Origin: Cyanophyceae cyanobacterium
GTDB taxonomy: Bacteria; Cyanobacteriota; Cyanobacteriia; Cyanobacteriales; JBHJGN01
Length of the DNA stretch: 64,000 nucleotides
Reading direction: 5' to 3'
Assembly: GCA_050331735.1 (NCBI GenBank)
Contig: JBHJGN010000046.1
Location: 19,424 to 83,423 of the forward strand
Shown: positions 1 through 10,149 of the stretch, piece after piece
Position numbering within the stretch: position 1 is the first letter of the stretch
Layout: each line of letters opens with the position of its first letter
Position numbers and translations under genes: made by a program
The notes under the pieces: generated by a model
The model's database searches: none
What the model was told of the DNA's origin: nothing
What the model saw: the letters and a program-made list of their open reading frames with translations, nothing else

Positions 1-508
1 CGTGGGAACCAGCAGCACAGGCCGTCACGGTACAGAGGTTTGGCCCTCTCGCCCCCGTATGAATGGCTGTCAGTCCGGCTGCCATGTTGGCAATCATCAT
101 CGGAATCATAAAGGGACTACAGCGGCTGGGACCGCGGGTGAGATAAACTTCCTGCTGGTCTTCTAGTACTTTAATGCCTCCGACTCCTGTCCCGATAATC
201 ACGCCGATGCGATCAGCGTTGAGATCGTCGATGACTAACCCCGCATCGCTCAAAGCTTGCTTGCTAGCGGCTACCGCAAACTGAGCAAACCGATCCGTTC
301 GCTTGGCTTCTTTGCGCTCCATATACTGATGCGGATCAAATCCTTTGACTTCTCCGGCGATTTGACTAGCATGCCGGGAAGCGTCAAATAAAGTAATGGG
401 ACCAATGCCGTTTTGCCCGCTGAGCAGACCTTCCCAGTACTGAGTCAGATCGTTTCCCAACGGCGTTACCGCACCCAGACCCGTTACCACAACACGTTTT
501 AGCTGCAT
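1..508 (-). CDS. fabF: Beta-ketoacyl-ACP synthase II, 5' part (runs off window start)
   Basis: Manual translation from ATG at 508: MQLKRVVVTGLGAVTPLGND...; directly downstream of acpP. Confidence 0.95.
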   Translation of the reverse strand, partial: MQLKRVVVTGLGAVTPLGNDLTQYWEGLLSGQNGIGPITLFDASRHASQIAGEVKGFDPHQYMERKEAKRTDRFAQFAVAASKQALSDAGLVIDDLNADRIGVIIGTGVGGIKVLEDQQEVYLTRGPSRCSPFMIPMMIANMAAGLTAIHTGARGPNLCTVTACAAGSH

Positions 509-579
509 TGCTACGGTCCTAAATTTGTAAGGCTTGTTTGAGCAAGCCCTGTAACAGTAACTGAATGGCTCCGCTGCGC

Positions 580-828
580 TTAGGCTGGAGTCTCAACTTT
601 TTCACTAATGTGTTCAACCGCTTTGCCGACCGTATCAATTTGCTCGGCTGCTTCATCGGGAATTTCGATATCAAATTCTTCTTCTAAAGCCATGACGAGT
701 TCGACAACATCTAGGGAGTCAGCTCCTAAATCGTTCGCAAAATTCGATTCAGGCTTGATTTCTCCCGGCTCGACTTCTAGCTGTTCAGCAACAATTTTCT
801 TAACTCGGTCAAAGATTTCTTGATTCAT
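580..828 (-). CDS. acpP: Acyl carrier protein
   Basis: [20 protein letters not shown] motif; likely start MNQEIF at 828. Confidence 0.97.
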   Translation of the reverse strand: MNQEIFDRVKKIVAEQLEVEPGEIKPESNFANDLGADSLDVVELVMALEEEFDIEIPDEAAEQIDTVGKAVEHISEKVETPA

Positions 829-1136
829 TACTCTCAATTACCGCTAGTAGTTATTAGTTGAGTTAGAAAGAAGCGGGGCGGCTTGTACCGCTTCTTCGAT
901 TGGCAGTGCATCTATAAAGCATTTTCCATTCTATCTGAAAGCGCAAGACCAACAAAAAGATTCATAGTCGCTTCTTTAACTGGCACTGCTTATGAGAGGG
1001 AAAAAGGGGAAGGGTGAACGGGAAATTTGAAGCCAATTTTTATTCTTGAATGGCCGAACCCCGAACTTTGAGCAGAGACCCTTTACACTGGATGATAGTA
1101 AAAGGGCTACTCATTGAAAAGAACAGGGCGAAATTT

Positions 1137-2039
1137 ATGTCTGCTGAGAGACTCAGGTACGCTTATTTTCCAGGATGTGTGGCGCAAGGAGCCTGCCGGG
1201 AACTTTACTTATCGACGGCAGAACTAGCGCGATCGCTTGATATTGAACTCGTAGAGCTTAAGCAGGCTGCTTGTTGTGGATCGGGTACCTACAAAGAAGA
1301 TTCGCAGATGTTAGAAGATACGGTGAATGCTCGCAACATTGCCCTAGCTGAGTCTCTCAATTTACCTCTTTTGACTCATTGCAGTACCTGTCAAGGAGTC
1401 CTCGGACACGTGGACGAGCGCTTGAAAAATTTTCAACAAAACAATCCTGATTACGTATCTCAAATTAACAGCCTACTTCAACAGGAACACTGTTCTCCCT
1501 ATCAAGGCAGTACCGAGGTTAAACACTTACTGTGGGCGCTAGTTAGCGACTACGGACTAGAATCTCTAGCAAAACAGGTTACCCGTAAACTGGCAGGACT
1601 TAACTGTGCTGCCTTTTATGGCTGTTATTTACTCAGAGCACACACATTATCCTACGACGACCCGCTCAATCCAACGTCGATGGAAGATGTGTTTTGTGCC
1701 GTTGGTGCGACCCCAATCCAGTACCGAGGACGCACTCAGTGCTGCGGCTGGCCTCTATCAAGCTACGCACCTGAACAGTCGTTTCGCATGGCCGGAACCC
1801 ACATTCAGGAGGCGATTGTCGCTGGGGCAGACTGTCTTGTGACTCCTTGCCCGCTGTGCCATCTCAACCTAGATTCTCGACAGCCAGAGGTGGAAAAAGT
1901 CATCAAACGACCATTGGGCTTGCCGATACTCCATCTGTCTCAGCTTGTCGCTCTTGCTTTGGGAGTCCCGCCAGAGAAATTGGGATTAAATCGCCACGTT
2001 GTTTCCACCCGTCCTGTTTTGGCTAAATTGGGATTTTAG
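1137..2039 (+). CDS. Heterodisulfide reductase subunit B-like CCG-domain Fe-S protein
   Basis: YFPGC, ACCGSG, CSTC, YGC, CCG and PCPLC motifs (two CCG domains); start MSAERL preferred. Confidence 0.88.
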   Translation: MSAERLRYAYFPGCVAQGACRELYLSTAELARSLDIELVELKQAACCGSGTYKEDSQMLEDTVNARNIALAESLNLPLLTHCSTCQGVLGHVDERLKNFQQNNPDYVSQINSLLQQEHCSPYQGSTEVKHLLWALVSDYGLESLAKQVTRKLAGLNCAAFYGCYLLRAHTLSYDDPLNPTSMEDVFCAVGATPIQYRGRTQCCGWPLSSYAPEQSFRMAGTHIQEAIVAGADCLVTPCPLCHLNLDSRQPEVEKVIKRPLGLPILHLSQLVALALGVPPEKLGLNRHVVSTRPVLAKLGF

Positions 2040-2055
2040 AGACCGAGCGAACAGT

Positions 2056-2334
2056 ATGCAAGAATCGTCGAGCGTTGAGGTGCTTATTTCTGGGCGAGTT
2101 CAGGGAGTGGGCTATCGAGCGGCCACTGTAGAACAGGCCAGCAGTTTAGGCGTGAACGGCTGGGTGACAAATCTTTCCAGCGGACAGGTTAAAGCCGTTT
2201 TTGAAGGGCCCAAACCAGCCGTTGAGCAGATGATTGCCTGGTGCCATACTGGACCGCCGGCGGCAGCAGTCGAAGCGATCGCCGTCAATGCTTCAGCATG
2301 GCAGGATATTCAGGGGTTTGAGATTCGCTCCTGA
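2056..2334 (+). CDS. acyP: Acylphosphatase
   Basis: GRVQGVGYR and GWVTN signature motifs. Confidence 0.92.
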   Translation: MQESSSVEVLISGRVQGVGYRAATVEQASSLGVNGWVTNLSSGQVKAVFEGPKPAVEQMIAWCHTGPPAAAVEAIAVNASAWQDIQGFEIRS

Positions 2335-2340
2335 ATCAAG

Positions 2341-2470
2341 AAGATGGGGAAAGGATGTAGGACTAAAGAATAAGCCAATTTATTCTCCTTTGCCCTGCGC
2401 CTGGGTTGCTTCCCCTTCTCCCGTTGCGGAGCAACTTTCTCCCTTGGCCCCTTCCCCGTCGCGAAGCGAC
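2341..2470. repeat. Intergenic purine/pyrimidine-tract repeat with mini-hairpins, copy A
   Basis: GTTGC-GGA-GCAAC (2423-2435) and GTCGC-GAA-GCGAC (2458-2470) in TTCCCC tracts; shares AGGACTAAAGAA with copy D. Confidence 0.75.
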
Positions 2471-3007
2471 TTACTGCTTTGGTTGAGGGGTCTTAACCTG
2501 ACGAGCCATATCTTTGAACATTTCCATGCTTGGACCGGGACGACGACGGGGACGAGTGGTCGTCGGAACCAAATATTGTGGAGCAAAAGTCATTTCTGCT
2601 GCTGATTCCTGACCGTTGGTGTCAGAGACGGGTTTGACGGAGGTGGGAATTTTCTCCTGTAGTATCTGGGCTGATTTTGTCGGACTCGCTGTTTGCTTTG
2701 TCTTCGCTTTCTCTTTAACGTTTTTTTGCTGTTGGGTCTCTTGCTGATTTTTCGGGGGGGTGGCGGCTACCTTCTCCTTCGCTGTATCGGACGTTGCTTC
2801 CTCAACGACCTGCGAAACTGTAGATTTCATCGTATCGACGGCGGTTGCAGTCACAGAACCAACTTTGGAGGTAACAGCATCGACGGCCTGAACGACCTGA
2901 TTATCTTCACTCTCGTCGAGCTCTAAGAAGAAGCCGCTGCCCTTCTTTTGTTTGGAGTTAGCTTGATCGGACTTAGATTTTCCACCAAAAAGTTTTTTAA
3001 CAAACAT
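2471..3007 (-). CDS. Hypothetical protein with low-complexity middle
   Basis: 178-aa ORF; GFFLELDE N-terminal and RRRPGPSM..FKDMARQV C-terminal motifs recalled from cyanobacterial hypotheticals. Confidence 0.75.
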   Translation of the reverse strand: MFVKKLFGGKSKSDQANSKQKKGSGFFLELDESEDNQVVQAVDAVTSKVGSVTATAVDTMKSTVSQVVEEATSDTAKEKVAATPPKNQQETQQQKNVKEKAKTKQTASPTKSAQILQEKIPTSVKPVSDTNGQESAAEMTFAPQYLVPTTTRPRRRPGPSMEMFKDMARQVKTPQPKQ

Positions 3008-3528
3008 TTACTAATGATCTCCTGAAATATAGTGATCGAAATTAAGCTTGACGAGCAATCGGCCTCAAAACTTTTTCTCAAAACAGCAAGAAAGCTGCTC
3101 CAGAAAGCTTTACAAATTTTTTTAACGACAGTTTCATCAGAACCTGCTTGCTCAAAGCATCAGCTAGAGAGACTTCCAGCGGACCTTTGAGTAGAGACGG
3201 CATCGCGTTTATCACTGTCCGCTTGCGCTACGTAGCAATATCTCCTCGTTTAAATTAAATTGATCTCGTCCTAGTAGATTTAGCATCAGCGACTTACTGA
3301 CTATTTGATTGTCGCTCTTTCACCAATTCTTCTGCCCGCGATTCCTCTAAACAAGCCTACTATCATATTTCTTCACACGGAACGAGCCCAAGGTCTCAAC
3401 TCCGGTCAGTTTTTTTAACAATATTTAACAATTGCGGTTGGTTTACAGCTCTGTTGAAAAAGGTCACACTGCGCTAAGCTCATTCAGAATGTAATCCTAT
3501 TTTACTGGCTCTGTCCGCTCGTTTTCCA

Positions 3529-4239
3529 ATGAAAAAGACTGCTCGTTTGCTCGGCGATCGCCGCTGTACTGACGAAGAACAGCAAGACCGCCACCCGGTC
3601 CTGCTCATTCACGGACTGAACGACACCAACGCTGTCTTTACTCCCATGGCTCAGTATTTAAGGCAGCGCGGCTGGAGCGTTTATAGTTTGGATCTTATTC
3701 CTAGTAACGGGTCATTTCAAATTGAACAGCTAGCCACTCAGGTAGCCGACTACATTAAGGCTACCTTTTCCGCCGCTCAGCCGCTCGATCTCATTGGCTT
3801 TAGTATGGGAGGCATTATCACTCGCTACTACCTGCAACGATTGGGAGGAGTAGAACGAGTCAAGCGCTATATCAGTATTTCTGCGCCGAATAACGGCACT
3901 CTGACAGCCTACGCGCTGCCGCTGCCAGGGATTGTGCAGATGCGTCCCAACAGTCTCTTGTTACAGGATTTAAATCGGGATGGAGCCGAAATCTTAGGCC
4001 GAGTGAATGCGACAGTAATGTGGACTCCATACGATTTAATGATTGTCCCTAGCTTCAGTTCGCGACTAGCCGTTGGCCACGAGGTCGTGCTGCCGATTCC
4101 GTTTCATTCCTGGATGTTAAGCGACACCAGGGCTTTGTCAATCATTGCTGCCTCTCTCTCTGAACCGCTCAAGCACGATCTCCAACCGCCGCCAGCTCCC
4201 GACCGCCAAAAATTGCTTCAAAATGACGATAAAACTTGA
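3529..4239 (+). CDS. Lipase-family alpha/beta hydrolase
   Basis: PVLLIHG and GFSMGG nucleophile elbow; C-terminal His. Confidence 0.9.
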   Translation: MKKTARLLGDRRCTDEEQQDRHPVLLIHGLNDTNAVFTPMAQYLRQRGWSVYSLDLIPSNGSFQIEQLATQVADYIKATFSAAQPLDLIGFSMGGIITRYYLQRLGGVERVKRYISISAPNNGTLTAYALPLPGIVQMRPNSLLLQDLNRDGAEILGRVNATVMWTPYDLMIVPSFSSRLAVGHEVVLPIPFHSWMLSDTRALSIIAASLSEPLKHDLQPPPAPDRQKLLQNDDKT

Positions 4240-4597
4240 ACTCCAGCAAATTATAAAACGGATCTTGTAAAAAACAGGTTTGATGCTCGGTCAACTGACC
4301 GGAAAATCGCTGTTTGGGTTCTTGATAAAAAGTCAACTGCTGCTCTTGTGCGCGAGCAACTAGCGCTTCCCAATCCGCTTCAGAGGAAAAAATCAAGCCA
4401 AAGTGACGAGGATAGATACCGCGTTGGGGGGTCAGAGATTCTTTGGTCGTGTGGGCGACAACTTGATGCTCGTAAAAATTGAAAATAACGGCATGGAGGC
4501 TTTCTCGTCCTACTTGGCAGCCCAAACCATCTCGGTAAAATTGCTTGGCCTTAGCAATATCGTTAATGGGAATCGCGAGATGAAAGATTGTCTTCAT
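4169..4597 (-). CDS. VOC/glyoxalase family protein
   Basis: FHLAIP, RHFG and DPFYNLLEFK motifs. Confidence 0.9.
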   Translation of the reverse strand: MKTIFHLAIPINDIAKAKQFYRDGLGCQVGRESLHAVIFNFYEHQVVAHTTKESLTPQRGIYPRHFGLIFSSEADWEALVARAQEQQLTFYQEPKQRFSGQLTEHQTCFLQDPFYNLLEFKFYRHFEAIFGGRELAAVGDRA

Positions 4598-4732
4598 AAG
4601 CTTCAGTCATCTGAATCTCTTTAACGCCATTCTAGAGAATTTGCGCAGGTTAAGATGAAGCATAACTTTTTATTTCAAGGCCATCTTCACAATTACTCCC
4701 CATTTGCCATTGCTAGAGGACTAACGCTCACC

Positions 4733-6190
4733 ATGGGAATTCAACACTCCTCCATCAAAATGCCAATTAAGCAATTACTCGGTAAGCTGCGCCAGTGGCT
4801 GCGTCTATTTCGCAAGCCGAAGTATCGCTGGATCTGGTGCTTAATCGCTGTGGGGATTTATGCGGTCGTGATTGCCATTTCCCTGCCGGGATTTAGTTTT
4901 GAAGCGCAGCGAGCTTTAGCTGTGTTTGGGGTGACGGCGTTTTTGTGGGGAACGAATACTCTTCCGCTAGCCGTAACTGGCTTAGTGGTACTGTTCTTGA
5001 TTCCGTTCAGCGGCGCGCTGCCTCACGATGCCACCTACGGCTACTTTGGTAACCGCGCCGTTTTTTTTGTGCTGGGGGCTTTTATTCTGGCAAGTCCGAT
5101 TATGCGCTCGGGACTGAGTACCCGCCTCGCTCTTGCCGTTGTTACGCGGTTTGGCTATAGCCAAAAATCCCTCATTGCCTCGATTTTGAGTCTAGCCGCT
5201 GCTATGTCTTTTGTGATTAGCTCTCATGCCGTCGCGGCGATGCTGTTTCCCGTCGTGCTGGAAGTGGTGCGAGCAGCCGGAGCTAAGCCAGGAGGGCGTT
5301 TTGGCACCGCCGCCTTTCTAGCGCTGGCCTGGGGAGCCGGAATTGGCGGGATCGCAACGCTGCTAGGGGGAGCGCGCGCCCCTCTAGCTTTGGGAATTTT
5401 GCTAAAGACAACCGGAACGTCGATTAGCTTTATGCAGTGGATTGTGTGGTCCCTGCCTTTGGTCTTAATTCTCTTACTGTTTGCCTACGGGTTACTGCTG
5501 CGGATTGGTCGAGGAACCGCCGTTTCTCTAGCGGATGCCCAGAAGTTTTTGCAGGCGCGCTCCCAGCACCTCGGACCGATCTCGCGGCGGGAACTTGGGA
5601 CGGCAGGGGTAATGGTGCTCACAATCCTGCTGTGGGTGCTCAAAGGCGAGGCTTGGGGACTAGATACGGTGGCGCTGCTGGGAGTCGTGTTGAGCTTTGT
5701 GCTGAGAATTGCAGACTGGCAGGAGGTGGAAGAAGATGTTAACTGGGGGATTTTTGTCATGTACGGTAGCGCGATCGCCCTGAGTGCCGTGCTGCGCGAT
5801 ACGGGAGCCGCTAAGGCGCTGGCCGAAAGCCTGCTCGCTTCGTGGATTTCTTCTCCGGCGTTAAGTTTTGTCGCGGTGGTGGCGCTGGTGATCTTCTTGA
5901 CGGAGGGGATGAGTAATGCTGCTGCGGTGGCGGTGTTAATGCCGATTGCGCTAGCCTTAGCGACCGAATACGGAGTAGACCCGAGGGCGATGACGTTAGG
6001 CGTGACGATTCCTTCGGGGTTGGCTTTTATGCTGCCTGTCAGTACTCCGGCGATCGCCATTGTCATTGGCAGTGGTTACGTTTCCCCTTTTCAAGCGTTT
6101 CAGCGAGGATTTATACTCAAGCTGAGCGGATTTTTCATTTTCTTAGCAATGGCTAGATTCTACTGGCCGCTAGTGGGGTTGGGAATTTAA
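4733..6190 (+). CDS. DASS/SLC13 family anion (sulfate or dicarboxylate) transporter
   Basis: Many TM helices; TEGMSNAAA and AFMLPVSTP motifs; start uncertain (4733 or 4760). Confidence 0.88.
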   Translation: MGIQHSSIKMPIKQLLGKLRQWLRLFRKPKYRWIWCLIAVGIYAVVIAISLPGFSFEAQRALAVFGVTAFLWGTNTLPLAVTGLVVLFLIPFSGALPHDATYGYFGNRAVFFVLGAFILASPIMRSGLSTRLALAVVTRFGYSQKSLIASILSLAAAMSFVISSHAVAAMLFPVVLEVVRAAGAKPGGRFGTAAFLALAWGAGIGGIATLLGGARAPLALGILLKTTGTSISFMQWIVWSLPLVLILLLFAYGLLLRIGRGTAVSLADAQKFLQARSQHLGPISRRELGTAGVMVLTILLWVLKGEAWGLDTVALLGVVLSFVLRIADWQEVEEDVNWGIFVMYGSAIALSAVLRDTGAAKALAESLLASWISSPALSFVAVVALVIFLTEGMSNAAAVAVLMPIALALATEYGVDPRAMTLGVTIPSGLAFMLPVSTPAIAIVIGSGYVSPFQAFQRGFILKLSGFFIFLAMARFYWPLVGLGI

Positions 6191-6192
6191 CA

Positions 6193-6615
6193 ATGAGTGT
6201 GTGGCTAATTATCGCTAACCCCTATGCTTACGACAAAGCTCTGAGCCAGGCAACGATTCTGGCTCAGTCTTTGCAGGCTGAGCTGCGGGTAGTTTATTTT
6301 ATTGAGGCCAATTCAGTTAATGACATGATCCATGAGTTGTCGGAGTCAGGCTGGTTGGGAGCTGCTTCGCTGAGAACGCTTCAAACTTCAATGTCGCAAG
6401 GCTATCAGGGATTAGCGGACGATGTGCTCAAAAGAGTCCAGCGCAAAGTACAAGGAGTGAGGGTCGCGGTGGAAGGAGTGGTGGAAACGCCTTCTTTAGA
6501 AAACTATGTCAAACAAATCATTGCTCAGGGAGCGGCTAGAGTCGTGATTGCTGGCTCTAATGCGATCAAGTTCGAAAACTTACCAAAAAATGTCGCGTAT
6601 ATCGAGGAAGAGTAA
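6193..6615 (+). CDS. Universal stress protein-like
   Basis: USP-like pattern (ELRVVYFI...VVIAGS); starts 2 bp after the transporter. Confidence 0.6.
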   Translation: MSVWLIIANPYAYDKALSQATILAQSLQAELRVVYFIEANSVNDMIHELSESGWLGAASLRTLQTSMSQGYQGLADDVLKRVQRKVQGVRVAVEGVVETPSLENYVKQIIAQGAARVVIAGSNAIKFENLPKNVAYIEEE

Positions 6616-6735
6616 GAACAATGAGCAATCAACAGTTACACTATTGATAATTTGTCTGCTCGGTTATCCTTAATTGAGGAACAGTGGCTGAAGTAGACTG
6701 TACATGCTATCCAACTATCGTTAAAGATTTTAAAG

Positions 6736-7287
6736 ATGAAGCAACGTGGAGTAACTCTTTGGTTTACTGGCCTGAGTGGAGCCGGAAAAACCACCATTAG
6801 CCGAAAAGTAGCAGAAATTTTACGCGCCCAAGACTATCCTGTTGAAATCCTAGACGGAGATATTGTGCGGACCAACCTGACCAAAGGTTTGGGCTTTAGT
6901 AAAGAAGATCGCGATGAAAATATTCGTCGGATTGGTTTTGTCTCGCATTTGCTAACCCGAAATGGCGTGTTTGTCCTAGTTTCAGCAATTTCTCCCTATC
7001 GTGCTGTTCGGGAAGAAGTGAGAAAAAGAGTGGGAGATTTTGTCGAAATCTACGTCAATGCTCCGCTGAATATTTGTGAAGATCGAGATGTTAAAGGGCT
7101 GTACAAGCGGGCTAGAGCCGGAGAAATTAAGAGCTTTACAGGAATTGATGATCCCTATGAAGCACCAGAGAACCCGGAGGTGGAGTGCCGCACTGACCTC
7201 GAAGAATTGCCGGTCAGCGTCGCCAAAGTTATCGATAAGCTTAATGAGTTAGGCTACCTTCCAGAAAAAATCACGGTTCCTCAATAA
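6736..7287 (+). CDS. cysC: Adenylyl-sulfate kinase
   Basis: WFTGLSGAGKTT, LDGD and FTGIDDPYE motifs. Confidence 0.97.
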   Translation: MKQRGVTLWFTGLSGAGKTTISRKVAEILRAQDYPVEILDGDIVRTNLTKGLGFSKEDRDENIRRIGFVSHLLTRNGVFVLVSAISPYRAVREEVRKRVGDFVEIYVNAPLNICEDRDVKGLYKRARAGEIKSFTGIDDPYEAPENPEVECRTDLEELPVSVAKVIDKLNELGYLPEKITVPQ

Positions 7288-7370
7288 CGTCAATATTCCG
7301 CAGCCTATGACTGTAGGAATTTTTGTGAATGAGGTCAGTAAGGTCAGTCGCTTGAACTTGGAATGAAAAC

Positions 7371-8120
7371 ATGCTTGCCACTCTACCTGAAATGAGTTCC
7401 TGGCTCATCGCTGTTGGTGTCAATACAGCGTTACTAGCGATCGCCGGGGCGGCTCCTAAAAAGTTACTGACTCCTGCTGGCCTGGTTCATGGCTGGCTCT
7501 TGGGCGTACTGATTTGGGGAACTCTCGGCTGGCGGGGATACGCCGTTGTGATCTTTTACTTTATCGTCGGTTCTGCTGTCACCCGTATTGGTTTACAGCA
7601 AAAGGAAGCCGAAGGCATTGCTGAAAAACGTTCTGGAGCTAGAGGACCAGAAAACGTTTGGGGTTCGGCTCTCACTGCCAGTCTCTGTGCTGTGGGGACG
7701 CTGTTGCTGCCCTACCGAGAGCTGCTATTGCTGGGCTATGTCGCTAGCTTCAGTACTAAGCTTTCTGATACTACCGCGAGCGAAGTGGGCAAAGCCTACG
7801 GCAAAAGCACCTTTTTGATTACGACTCTCCAGCCTGTAGCGCGGGGCACAGAGGGAGCCGTTAGTTTAGAGGGGACGCTGGCGGGAGCGATTGCCTCTTT
7901 AGCGATCGCGCTGGTGGGCTGGTCAGTGGGCTTAATCAACCCTGCGGGTATCGGCTGGTGTCTGATTGCTGCTTTTGTGGCAACTAATCTGGAAAGCGTG
8001 ATTGGTGCTACTTTACAGTCTCAACTGAACTGGATGACCAATGAGGTCGTTAACATCCTTAATACGTCTATAGGGGCCGTTGTTGCAGTGCTGTTGGCGT
8101 TAGCGATTAGCTTTGAGTAG
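7371..8120 (+). CDS. DUF92/TIGR00297 membrane protein (VTE6-like)
   Basis: GARGPENVWGS, KLSDTTASEVGK and GTEGAVSLEGT motifs. Confidence 0.88.
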   Translation: MLATLPEMSSWLIAVGVNTALLAIAGAAPKKLLTPAGLVHGWLLGVLIWGTLGWRGYAVVIFYFIVGSAVTRIGLQQKEAEGIAEKRSGARGPENVWGSALTASLCAVGTLLLPYRELLLLGYVASFSTKLSDTTASEVGKAYGKSTFLITTLQPVARGTEGAVSLEGTLAGAIASLAIALVGWSVGLINPAGIGWCLIAAFVATNLESVIGATLQSQLNWMTNEVVNILNTSIGAVVAVLLALAISFE

Positions 8121-8187
8121 ATTGGTTCAGGAAACTCCCGACTCACAAGAAATTAAGCTTTTAAAGCTGAGAGCTCACTGCTGAACG

Positions 8188-8766
8188 CTATTTTCCAAAC
8201 CAACACTGGCGGGCCAACGCCTGCTGTAGCAACACTTGGTACTGGTGATCGCTAACCAGGTACGACCCAAACCTTTCTAGATGGGGATTTTGCATCTGAG
8301 CATCAAAAAGCACAAAATTGCGCTCCCGCAGATGCTCGACTAGCTTGACCATGGCTACTTTTGAGCCTTCAGGGATCTGGTAGAACATCGATTCTCCAAT
8401 AAAAGCACCCCGAATCACAATTCCCAAAATTCCTCCAGCGAGGCGTTCTCCCTGCCAGGTTTCAAAACTGTGCGCCCAGCCCGCTTGATGCAGCGCTCTG
8501 TAGATCTCTAGCAGTTCTTCAGAAATCCAGGTGGTTTCTCGATTGGCACAGCCCGCACACACTCCCTGAAAGTCTCGATCGATGGCGACTGCAAAGCGGT
8601 CCTGGTTGAGGACGCGCTGCAAAGATTTTGGGTGGCGGAACCGCTGATCGAGGGGAATCAGCGCTCTTTGAGAGCTAGAGTACCAGCCGAGAACGCCCCG
8701 CTCGTCTGCCATGAGAAAATACCCCTGGGCGTACCCCTGAACTATATTAGGAATATCCCAGTGCAT
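8188..8766 (-). CDS. aat: Leucyl/phenylalanyl-tRNA--protein transferase
   Basis: AHSFETW, FIGESMF and FDAQ motifs; start at 8766 avoids overlap with the divergent gene. Confidence 0.93.
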   Translation of the reverse strand: MHWDIPNIVQGYAQGYFLMADERGVLGWYSSSQRALIPLDQRFRHPKSLQRVLNQDRFAVAIDRDFQGVCAGCANRETTWISEELLEIYRALHQAGWAHSFETWQGERLAGGILGIVIRGAFIGESMFYQIPEGSKVAMVKLVEHLRERNFVLFDAQMQNPHLERFGSYLVSDHQYQVLLQQALARQCWFGK

Positions 8767-8812
8767 CTCTGACCACTCAGCAGACGTAGACCCCATAACT
8801 GTAAAACTCGCC

Positions 8813-9142
8813 ATGTCCGAACCAATTCCCCCGATTACCCTCCCTCCCCTCCAAAATCCCCATCAGGAAAGGGAGTGGCTCGAAACGGTGCTGCATTCCT
8901 GGCTCGATCGAGAATTCCTTCCCGAACCCGTTAATGACCACATCGCTCACCGGGCGGCACAAATTTTTGTGCGACAGAGACTGGAAGGAGAAAACGATTT
9001 GGGCTCTCTAACGATCGCTATTCTCACCGAGATGCAGGCCTTCGACTTTACGAACAGTTTCTATAGCGAATTTGCGATCGCCAACGCTGTTAGCGACCTG
9101 ATCCTCGATAGCTTAGGCATCGACCGCTGCTGCGGTCAGTAG
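8813..9142 (+). CDS. Conserved hypothetical protein
   Basis: 109-aa ORF with WLD.EFLPE and FAIANAVSD motifs typical of a cyanobacterial/plastid family. Confidence 0.8.
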   Translation: MSEPIPPITLPPLQNPHQEREWLETVLHSWLDREFLPEPVNDHIAHRAAQIFVRQRLEGENDLGSLTIAILTEMQAFDFTNSFYSEFAIANAVSDLILDSLGIDRCCGQ

Positions 9143-9143
9143 C

Positions 9144-9446
9144 CTACCAGCTAGACTTAACGACTCCTGGCAATAATCCTTTGTGCGCCCACTCCCGCAT
9201 CACGTGGCGCGATAATCCAAAGTCGCGGTAGTACCCTCGGGGCCGTCCTGTCACCCAGCAGCGGTTGTGGAGACGGCTAGGAGCGCTGTTGCGGGGAAGC
9301 TGCTGAATCTGGCGGTGGATTTCTAGTCTTTCTCTTTGGTTAGTTGCCTGTCGGAACTGTTCTTTGAGGACGGCTCGCTTGTCGGCATACTTATCGACAA
9401 GGCGCTGGCGCTTCTTTTCGCGCTCGATCATGCTTTTCTTGGCCAT
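9144..9446 (-). CDS. rpsN: 30S ribosomal protein S14
   Basis: [10 protein letters not shown]...[11 protein letters not shown]. Confidence 0.99.
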   Translation of the reverse strand: MAKKSMIEREKKRQRLVDKYADKRAVLKEQFRQATNQRERLEIHRQIQQLPRNSAPSRLHNRCWVTGRPRGYYRDFGLSRHVMREWAHKGLLPGVVKSSW

Positions 9447-9491
9447 ATTTGGAAGATGTTAGGAAAACAGCGTCTTTTATTCTAGCCGATT

Positions 9492-10142
9492 TCAGGGGAG
9501 AGCGGCAGCAGGGCAAAGATGGGACAGGTGACACTCGCCGCACTTGGGTTTACGAGCCTGACAAATAGCGCGACCGTGATAGATTAACAGAATAGAACAG
9601 TTTTCCCAGTCGGGTTGAGGAATCAGCCGCATCAAGTCCCGCTCGATATGCCGTGGCTCAGCGTGTTCCGTCAGTCCCAGTCTTTGGCTGAGACGTTTAA
9701 CGTGAGTATCGACCGTTACCCCCTGAAGAAGGCCGTAGGCATTCGCCGAAACCACGTTTGCCGTTTTACGAGCCACTCCTGGTAGGCTCAGCAATTGCTC
9801 CATCTGCCTCGGAACCTCGCCATTAAATTGACTAACAATCATCTGACAGGCGGCTTTAATATTTTTTGCCTTGTTGCGGTAAAATCCAGTAGAGCGAATC
9901 AGCCTCTCTAGGGTCTCTAGCTCTGCCTCTGCTAAAGATGGCGCATCGGGAAACTGTTGAAATAGAGCGGGCGTAACTCGATTTACTCGTTCGTCGGTAC
10001 ACTGAGCAGAGAGAATTGTCGCAACCAGAAGCTGCACCGGGGTTTGGTAGTTGAGCGTACAGTGAGCGTCTGGGTAGAGATGCTTGAGCAAAACTAAAAC
10101 GGCAAGCGCTCTCTGTTGAATGGTCTGTTCGTGCCTGTCCAC
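9492..10142 (-). CDS. nth: Endonuclease III
   Basis: LSAQCTD, HhH motif LPGVARKTA, VDTH and C-terminal 4-Cys Fe-S motif. Confidence 0.97.
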   Translation of the reverse strand: MDRHEQTIQQRALAVLVLLKHLYPDAHCTLNYQTPVQLLVATILSAQCTDERVNRVTPALFQQFPDAPSLAEAELETLERLIRSTGFYRNKAKNIKAACQMIVSQFNGEVPRQMEQLLSLPGVARKTANVVSANAYGLLQGVTVDTHVKRLSQRLGLTEHAEPRHIERDLMRLIPQPDWENCSILLIYHGRAICQARKPKCGECHLSHLCPAAALP

Positions 10143-10149
10143 GGATTTG

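Noticed and set aside
3008..3528. Long intergenic gap checked for a riboswitch or GifA-like microprotein
   Set aside because: No convincing motif; candidate frames are interrupted by stops
5437..6066. Alternative-frame and antisense ORFs within the DASS gene (similarly 608..823, 10717..11058, 15330..15647, 35231..35776)
   Set aside because: Fully overlap well-supported genes and show no recognisable motifs
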